Assembly (NCBI GenBank): GCA_028719205.1
Contig: JAQUKH010000024.1
Location: 1-43,777 of the forward strand
Direction of reading: 5' to 3'
Length of the DNA stretch: 43,777 nucleotides
DNA from: a bacterium
GTDB taxonomy: Bacteria; JACRDZ01; JAQUKH01
The notes beneath the pieces were generated by a model. That model ran no database searches. It saw only the letters and a list, made by a program, of their open reading frames with translations, and was not told where the DNA came from. How positions within the stretch are numbered: the stretch's first letter is position 1; the number at the start of each line of letters is the position of its first letter. Below are positions 37,308 to 43,777 of this stretch, piece after piece. Made by a program: the position numbers and the translations under genes.

Positions 37308-40300
37308 ATGAAAATTAAATATGTTCTATTTTTATTTTTGATTTTATCAGTAAAAACTGTTTTTACTGCAGCTCCTGTAATTGAGTCAATATCGCCTGTT
37401 TCAGGTTACAACGATGAATTTACAAACATAACTATCAACGGCCAGAATTTTGATTCAGCCTGCAGGGTATCTATAAGTTCCGGAAGTTTTTATTTAAAAG
37501 GGACATATAATACCCCGGGACGCGCGTATGGCGTATATGTAAATGGGAATTATGCTTATGTTGCGTATGAAACCTCCGGTTTAGAAATAATTGATATCAG
37601 TAATCCGGCAAGTCCGAGTTTAACAGGGACATATAATACGCCGGGAAGAGCTTTAGGAGTATATGTAAATGGGAATTACGCCTATGTTGCGGATGATACT
37701 ACCGGTTTACAGATAATCGATATAAGTGATCCGGCAAACCCGATTTTAAAAGGGACATATAATACGCCGGGAAATGCTATAGGCGTATATGTAAATGGGA
37801 ATTATGCTTATGTAGCGGATTTAGGTTCCGGTTTGCAAATAATCGATATAAGTGATCCGGCTAGTCCAACCTTAAAGGGAACTTATGATACGCCAGGAAA
37901 TGCTATAGGAGTATATGTAAATAATATAAATGCAGATACTACTTACGCGTATGTGGCAGATGATGATTCCGGTTTGAAAATAATTGATGTGAGTGATCCG
38001 GCAAACCCGATTTTAAAAGGGACATATAATACTCCTGGATATGCAGAAGGAGTATATATAAATGGGAATTATGCATATGTAGCGGATTTTGGCTCCGGTT
38101 TAGAAATAATCGATATAAGTAATCCGGCAAGCCCGATTTTAAAGGGGACATATAATACGCCTGGAAATGCTATAGGAGTACATGTAAATGGAAATTATGC
38201 ATATGTAGCGGATTTTAGTTCCGGTTTACAAATAATAGATATAAGTGATCCGGCAAACCCGATTTTAAAAGGGACATATAATACGCCTGGATATTCTGTA
38301 GGAGTATATGTAAATGGGGATTATGCATATGTAGCAGATTTAGATTCCGGTTTACAAATAATCAATATAGGTAATTTATCAAGTTCGAGTTTAAAAGGGA
38401 CATATAATACACCGGGATACGCGGAGGGAGTGTATGTAAATGGGGATTATGCGTATGTAGCGGATTTTGGTTCCGGTTTACAAATAATAGATATAAGTGA
38501 TCCGGCAAACCCGATTTTAAAAGGGACATATAATACGCCTGGATACGCGGAAGGAGTGTATGTAAATGGGGATTATGCGTATGTAGCGGATTATGGTTCC
38601 GGTTTACAAATAATAGATATAAGTGATCCGGCAAATCCGATTTTAAAAGGGACATATAATACACCGGGATATGCGTATGGGGTATATATAAAGGGGAATT
38701 ATGCATATATTGCGGATGGTATTTCCGGTTTACAGATAATAGATATAAGTGATCCGGCAAACCCGATTTTAAAAGGGACATATAATACACCTGGAAATGC
38801 TATAGGAGTATATACGGATGGTGATTATGCATATGTAGCGGATTTTGATTTCGGTTTACAAATAATAGACGTAAGCAATCCGGCAGGCCCGATTTTAAAA
38901 GGAACATATAATACACCGGGGAATGTGTATGCGGTATATATAAAGGGAAATTATGCGTATGCTGCGGATGATACTGCCGGTTTACAAATAATCGATATAA
39001 GTGATCCGGCAAACCCGAGTTTAAAGGGGACATATGATACGCCGGGAAATGCTTCGGGAGTGGATATAAGCGGGAATTATGTATATGTAGCGGATTTTAG
39101 TTCCGGTTTACAAATAATTGATATAAGCAATCCGGAAAATCCAAGTTTAAAAGGAAGCATCGATACTATGGGATATTCTATGAAAGTATATGTAAATGGG
39201 AATTATGTATATATAGCGGATTTTGATTCCGGTTTACAAATAATCCAAAAAATAAGCGCAGGGAGTGAATGTGGAAATATTATATATAATGATTCAACTT
39301 CGATGACCGCGGATGTTTTAACGCGATTATGCCCGGGTAAATATAACATAACAGTGACAAACACAAATGGAGAACAAGGGATTTTATATAATTGTTTTGA
39401 TGTGTTGCAGGGAATAACAGTAAATAACGCGCCAATATTTGATCCGACAGGAAACAAGATAGTAAATGAGTATGAAACACTAAGCTTTACAATAACAGGT
39501 TCTGATCCGGACGCAGATATTGTATTTTATGAGGAATCAAATTTACCGGATGGAGCAAATTTTAATACAAATACTAAAAAATTTACATGGAAACCGAATT
39601 ATTTACAACAAGGCCTATATTATGTGAATTTCGGTATTTATGACGGTGAATTGGCCGGATATGAGACAATAAGTATAACAGTTAACAATATAGATATTCC
39701 GCCAACAGTAACGTTAATTGCCGCTGAAACAACTGGAGTCGCTCCGCTGACAGTGAACTTTACGGCAAACGCGCATGATCCGAATGGAACAATAATAAAT
39801 TATGAGTGGGATCTGGACGGGAATGGGAGTTATGAAACAAGCACAACAGGAAATACACATTCATATACATATAGTACAACTGGAACATATAACGCGAAAG
39901 TGAGGGTAACCGATAATGATAGCGCAGCAGCTATAGATACTGAAACAATAACAGTAAATAATCCGCCTAATCAGCTTCCAACGGTAACCCTGATAGCTGA
40001 TAAAACAACGGGAGTAATCCCGCTGACAGTGAACTTTACGGCAAACGCGCATGATCCGAATGGAACAATAATAAATTATGAGTGGGATCTGGACGGGAAC
40101 GGGAGTTATGAAACAAGCACAACAGGAAATACACATTCATATAAATATAGTACAACTGGAACATATAACGCGAAAGTGAGGGTAACCGATAATGATAGCG
40201 CAGCAGCGATAGATACTGAAACAATAACAGTAAATAATCCGCCTAATCAGCTTCCAACAGTAACACTGATAGCAGGTAAAACAACAGGAGTAAGTCCGCT

Positions 40301-40727
40301 GACAGTGGACTTTACGGCAGATACGTTTGATCCAGACGCAACAATAATAAATTACGAGTGGGATCTGGACGGGAATGGGAGTTATGAAACAAGCACAATA
40401 GAAAACACATATTCATATACATATAATATTGCAGGAACTTACAATACAAAAGTAAGGGTAACAGACAATGACAAGGTAACAGCAATAGATACTAAAACAA
40501 TAACAGTGTCGCGACCGAAGAATAATTTGCCATTAGGTAATATTGACATAAGTTCCCCCGGTTCATCCGACCGTGTTGACGGGCATGATCTATATGTATT
40601 AGGCAAGGCATTCGGGGCTCAGCCCGGGTATTCCAACTGGAATATTTTAGCTGATCTTGATGAGAATAATATCATTGACGGGAATGACCTTATAATATTC
40701 GCAGGGAATTTCGGGAAAAAGAATTAA
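37308..40727 (+). CDS. Secreted modular protein: split IPT/TIG-like domain with 14 LVIVD repeats, Ig-like domain, 3 PKD domains, C-terminal dockerin-like domain
   Basis: Signal peptide; 42-aa repeats LKGTYNTPG..GVYVNGNYAYVAD..SGLQIIDISDPANPI; NLPDGANF....FTWKP Ig; YEWDLDGNG PKD x3; ADLDENNIIDGNDLIIFAGNFG; GGAGGTG RBS. Confidence 0.88.
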   Translation: MKIKYVLFLFLILSVKTVFTAAPVIESISPVSGYNDEFTNITINGQNFDSACRVSISSGSFYLKGTYNTPGRAYGVYVNGNYAYVAYETSGLEIIDISNPASPSLTGTYNTPGRALGVYVNGNYAYVADDTTGLQIIDISDPANPILKGTYNTPGNAIGVYVNGNYAYVADLGSGLQIIDISDPASPTLKGTYDTPGNAIGVYVNNINADTTYAYVADDDSGLKIIDVSDPANPILKGTYNTPGYAEGVYINGNYAYVADFGSGLEIIDISNPASPILKGTYNTPGNAIGVHVNGNYAYVADFSSGLQIIDISDPANPILKGTYNTPGYSVGVYVNGDYAYVADLDSGLQIINIGNLSSSSLKGTYNTPGYAEGVYVNGDYAYVADFGSGLQIIDISDPANPILKGTYNTPGYAEGVYVNGDYAYVADYGSGLQIIDISDPANPILKGTYNTPGYAYGVYIKGNYAYIADGISGLQIIDISDPANPILKGTYNTPGNAIGVYTDGDYAYVADFDFGLQIIDVSNPAGPILKGTYNTPGNVYAVYIKGNYAYAADDTAGLQIIDISDPANPSLKGTYDTPGNASGVDISGNYVYVADFSSGLQIIDISNPENPSLKGSIDTMGYSMKVYVNGNYVYIADFDSGLQIIQKISAGSECGNIIYNDSTSMTADVLTRLCPGKYNITVTNTNGEQGILYNCFDVLQGITVNNAPIFDPTGNKIVNEYETLSFTITGSDPDADIVFYEESNLPDGANFNTNTKKFTWKPNYLQQGLYYVNFGIYDGELAGYETISITVNNIDIPPTVTLIAAETTGVAPLTVNFTANAHDPNGTIINYEWDLDGNGSYETSTTGNTHSYTYSTTGTYNAKVRVTDNDSAAAIDTETITVNNPPNQLPTVTLIADKTTGVIPLTVNFTANAHDPNGTIINYEWDLDGNGSYETSTTGNTHSYKYSTTGTYNAKVRVTDNDSAAAIDTETITVNNPPNQLPTVTLIAGKTTGVSPLTVDFTADTFDPDATIINYEWDLDGNGSYETSTIENTYSYTYNIAGTYNTKVRVTDNDKVTAIDTKTITVSRPKNNLPLGNIDISSPGSSDRVDGHDLYVLGKAFGAQPGYSNWNILADLDENNIIDGNDLIIFAGNFGKKN
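37494..39250 (+). repeat. Tandem array of 14 x ~126-bp LVIVD-coding repeats
   Basis: TTAAAAGGGACATATAATAC recurs at a 126-bp period (e.g. 38391, 38517); unit 4 carries a 5-codon insertion. Confidence 0.92.
39700..40510 (+). repeat. Three tandem 276-bp PKD-coding repeats
   Basis: CCGCTGACAGTG at 39744, 40020 and 40296; units 1 and 2 almost identical at DNA level. Confidence 0.9.
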
Positions 40728-40774
40728 ATAAATATTACAATAAAATTGCGAAATTTGGTAAAATAAACCAAATT

Positions 40775-41737
40775 ATGTTTGCATATATCCGCCGTAGAAT
40801 TATCCATATGATCCCTTTGCTTATCGGGATCACTTTTTTTTCCTTTCTTATCATCCAGATGGCCCCCGGTGATTTTTTTGACCAGCTTAAATTAAATCCC
40901 CAAATATCAAGAGTTACACTGGAAAAAATGCGGCAGGAATTTGGACTGGATAAGCCATGGGTTGTTCAGTATTTTCATTGGTTAAAAAATATTTTAAAAT
41001 TGGATTTTGGGTATTCATTTACCTATCATGTTCCTGTATTTGACCTGGTTAAGGAACGGGCGTGGAACACATTTGTTTTAGCCTTTTTAAGCATGATCTT
41101 TATATGGCTTTTAGCTATTCCAATGGGGGTAGTTTCAGCGGTAAAAAAAAATACTATATCGGACAAACTTCTTTCTATACTTGCTTTTTTAGGAATGTCC
41201 ATACCAAGTTTTTTTCTTGCTTTTATTTTTATATTTATCGCGGCTAAAACAGGCTGGCTGCCTATTGGAGGGGTAGTTAGCCTTGATCATGATAATTTGA
41301 GCGTTTTTGGCAAAACAATTGATTATCTGAGACATATCATTATTCCCATTAGCGTTTTGGTTGTTGGAGGATTGGCGGGCCTGATGCGTTTGATGAGGGC
41401 GAATATGCTTGAGGTTTTAAGAAGTCAATACATTACCACTGCTCGCGCAAAAGGGCTTCCTGAATATCTTGTGGTCTACAAACACGCGTTGAGAAATGCC
41501 ATTAATCCTCTGGTTACAATTTTTGGCTATGAAATTTCGGGATTGTTAAGCGGCGCGGCATTAATAGAAACTGTTACCTCCTGGCCGGGATTAGGCCGTT
41601 TGATGCTTGACGCGGTGTTCAGTCAGGATCTATATCTTGTTATGGGAAGCCTTGTTATGAGTGCAGTCCTTTTATTAATTGGAAATTTAATTGCTGATAT
41701 TTTGCTTTTAATTGTTGACCCGAGGATAAGGCAGTAA
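40775..41737 (+). CDS. Peptide ABC transporter permease (OppB/DppB-like)
   Basis: YIRRRII..IP; GLDKP..VQY; SIPSF; RLMRANMLEVL.SQYITTARAKGL; HALRNA; DPRIR. Confidence 0.93.
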   Translation: MFAYIRRRIIHMIPLLIGITFFSFLIIQMAPGDFFDQLKLNPQISRVTLEKMRQEFGLDKPWVVQYFHWLKNILKLDFGYSFTYHVPVFDLVKERAWNTFVLAFLSMIFIWLLAIPMGVVSAVKKNTISDKLLSILAFLGMSIPSFFLAFIFIFIAAKTGWLPIGGVVSLDHDNLSVFGKTIDYLRHIIIPISVLVVGGLAGLMRLMRANMLEVLRSQYITTARAKGLPEYLVVYKHALRNAINPLVTIFGYEISGLLSGAALIETVTSWPGLGRLMLDAVFSQDLYLVMGSLVMSAVLLLIGNLIADILLLIVDPRIRQ

Positions 41738-41741
41738 AAAA

Positions 41742-41773
41742 GTCACAAGTATTTAAGGTCACAAGTCACAAGT
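41742..41773 (+). repeat. Short GTCACAA(GT) heptamer repeats between the two permease genes
   Basis: GTCACAA at 41742, 41758 and 41765. Confidence 0.6.
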
Positions 41774-41782
41774 TAGGAAGAA

Positions 41783-42835
41783 ATGCTTAAAAAATTGTTT
41801 AAAAAACATAAATTGGCGGCTTTTGGCGCGGTAATTCTATTTATTCTTTATTTTTGCGCTATATTCGCGGATTTTATTTCGCCTTACAGGTACGATGTGC
41901 AGAACCGTGATAAAAATTATCATCCGCCGACAGGAATCCATTTTTTTGACAGCGAAATGAAATTTTATATCAGTCCTTTTATTTATGGAACAGCGGGGGA
42001 GATGAATACTGAGACATATCAAAAAAAATATGTAATTAATTATCAGGAAAAATATTTTATAAAATTATTTGTAAAAGGGGATGAACATTTAATTTTTGGG
42101 ATTTTTAAGACAAATATTCATTTATTCGGCGTTGATGAACCCGGCAGGATATTTATTTTTGGCAGTGATTATCTTGGCAGGGATATCTTTACAAGGATTT
42201 TATATGGAAGCAGGATATCTCTTTCAATAGGGCTGATAGGTGTTTTTATATCCTTTTTTATCGGAATGATAGTAGGGGGTATTTCGGGATATTTTGGAGG
42301 ATGGATTGATAATATTATAATGCGTTTTTGTGAAATAATAATGTCCTTCCCGCATTTTTATCTCCTTCTGGCATTGAGGGCCACCTTCCCGCCGAATTTA
42401 AACTCAGTTATAATTTACATTTTAATTATAATGGCTATGAGCTTTATTGAATGGGCCGGAATGGCACGAGTTGTAAGAGGGATGGTTCTTTCTTTACGGG
42501 AAGAAGAATATGTTTTAGGCGCGAGAGCTATCGGGGCAAGTCCGTGGAGAATTATATACCGCCATATTTTGCCAAATACAATGTCTTACGCGATTATATC
42601 CGCGACATTGAGCATACCGGGGTATATACTCGGAGAATCCGCTCTCAGCCTTCTATCCCTGGGGATTATGGAGCCTCAGGCAAGCTGGGGTAATATGCTT
42701 TCTGTCGCTAAAAGTGTTAATGTCCTGACTAATTTCCCATGGGTTCTTACGCCCGGGATTTTTATTTTTGCCGCGATTATGGCATTTAATTTTTTAGGCG
42801 ACGGATTGCGGGATATTTTCGATCCAAAGCAATAA
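41783..42835 (+). CDS. Peptide ABC transporter permease (OppC/DppC-like)
   Basis: FGSDYLGRDIFTRILYGSRISLSIG; ARVVRG.VLSLREEEYV.GARAIGA; HILPN; FNFLGDGLRD.FDP. Confidence 0.93.
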   Translation: MLKKLFKKHKLAAFGAVILFILYFCAIFADFISPYRYDVQNRDKNYHPPTGIHFFDSEMKFYISPFIYGTAGEMNTETYQKKYVINYQEKYFIKLFVKGDEHLIFGIFKTNIHLFGVDEPGRIFIFGSDYLGRDIFTRILYGSRISLSIGLIGVFISFFIGMIVGGISGYFGGWIDNIIMRFCEIIMSFPHFYLLLALRATFPPNLNSVIIYILIIMAMSFIEWAGMARVVRGMVLSLREEEYVLGARAIGASPWRIIYRHILPNTMSYAIISATLSIPGYILGESALSLLSLGIMEPQASWGNMLSVAKSVNVLTNFPWVLTPGIFIFAAIMAFNFLGDGLRDIFDPKQ

Positions 42836-42856
42836 CTCAGGGGATAAAGGCTTTGT

Positions 42857-43591
42857 TCAGGATTTAGGTTCATGTATTTCATGCCTTGGGAAACGCCTTC
42901 GATCAATTGCTTTCCTGCGAGCCATATTCAATTCGTTTTCGTTAGATAATTTGAAACTGTATTTTACTTCCAACTCAAACCATTTTGTTAAATGATTAAT
43001 TGCTCTTTGATGTATGATGAAAATCCATTGCTTGCTTTTAGAAAGTTTTTCACCGATACTGGAAAAACTTAAACCATCATTATAATGAAGCACAATTACA
43101 GTTTTTTCATCTTTGTCCAGCCGCTCAATCAGCATTTTTAGAATTTCTGCCTCTTGTTTTTCAGAGATCAGATCCAGCGGCATTTTTGCTTTATCATCAG
43201 CGATTATCTCATCAATGTTCATCGAGGCATCGCGTGAACTGTCAATCTTATTATCCAGTGAAATACATTCTGATAATTCTTTAGTGGCCATATGTCCCCT
43301 GCGTTCGGGGTCACGTGAGCGAAAATCTCTCCAGAGGTATTGTTCCGCCAATTTAATCGTCCACATAAGAAATATTTTATCCACATTGCCTTTATCAGGT
43401 ACTTTTACCGGATCAAATCTGGTCATAGCCTGCCAGGCTCCCGTAAGCAGTATTTGCCTGATATCCTGTTTGTCCATTCCGGGAGAAAAATAATGAGATG
43501 CTATTTTGACCAGTATAGGTTCAATTTCTTTCAGGACTGTTTCAATAGCTTTTCTGTTGCCTTGATTTGCCTGGAGGTATAATTCTTTCAT
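42857..43591 (-). CDS. Alternative sigma-70 family sigma factor (group 3-like, divergent) with C-terminal extension
   Basis: Region 2 DKQDIRQ...GAWQAMTRFDP; ISLDNKI; region 4 LDKDEKTVIVLHYNDGLSFSSIGEKLSKSKQWI..IHQRAI..L. Confidence 0.8.
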   Translation of the reverse strand: MKELYLQANQGNRKAIETVLKEIEPILVKIASHYFSPGMDKQDIRQILLTGAWQAMTRFDPVKVPDKGNVDKIFLMWTIKLAEQYLWRDFRSRDPERRGHMATKELSECISLDNKIDSSRDASMNIDEIIADDKAKMPLDLISEKQEAEILKMLIERLDKDEKTVIVLHYNDGLSFSSIGEKLSKSKQWIFIIHQRAINHLTKWFELEVKYSFKLSNENELNMARRKAIDRRRFPRHEIHEPKS

Positions 43592-43777
43592 GGTTTAAAA
43601 TATATCCTTTTAGTTATTATCGGCTGAATATTGTAAAAACTTTTTATATATTTAAAATATTTATAATAATATTTATATCGTTTTTTGTAATATTTGAGGT
43701 TAGGGAAATTCTTAACCTGCTTTGACCATTTGGAACAGTGGGCGGCCTGATCCCGGGAATGAATATATTTTTTTCAA

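Noticed and set aside
37939-39033. Antisense ORFs with His/Leu-rich repeats (e.g. 38362..38790)
   Set aside because: Shadows of the LVIVD repeat array on the opposite strand, with no independent coding signal
37494-39250. Regular repeats as a CRISPR array
   Set aside because: The 126-bp period is in frame within one long ORF, there are no unique spacers, and no cas genes are present
39744-40510. Near-identical repeat pair as a DGR template/variable repeat
   Set aside because: The copies are tandem, in-frame coding domains with very few differences, and no reverse transcriptase is in the window
139-43582. The many other short overlapping or antisense ORFs in the track (e.g. 14947..15417, 9696..10151, 27737..28156, 43113..43493)
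   Set aside because: They overlap confidently identified genes and show no recognisable motifs
43695-43777. TAGGGAAATTCTTA near-palindrome and a GC-rich patch at the window end
   Set aside because: Single imperfect instance, truncated by the window edge; not enough to call a site or RNA

Overview
Bacterial chromosomal segment, AT-rich by eye, from a diderm organism (several predicted outer-membrane beta-barrels, lipoproteins and a PEP-CTERM protein). The backbone is housekeeping: 3' end of mutS, mscL, uvrA, an M16 peptidase, HU, ilvD-ilvN-ilvB-ilvC-psd-pssA-leuA-leuC-leuD, gap, an in-frame pgk-tpi fusion, secG and a peptide ABC transporter. Four modular secreted-protein genes sit among these, two of them inside operons. 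Two encode putative lipoprotein cohesin-like anchors and two encode large proteins ending in a variant dockerin (an S8 protease and a 14-repeat LVIVD propeller protein). Together they suggest a non-cellulosomal, protease-centred cohesin-dockerin surface complex. A minus-strand islet holds PEP-CTERM/BcsA-like/BcsS-like genes and stress-type small membrane proteins, and both units carry the same 46-bp upstream motif. Two short genes missed by the ORF track were found: a DUF1328-like protein and a 51-aa DRR-repeat protein. An alternative sigma factor ends in a PilZ-like DRRRFPR tail. No rRNA, tRNA, CRISPR array, integrase or transposase was recognised. All family assignments come from motif recognition by eye, not database searches.
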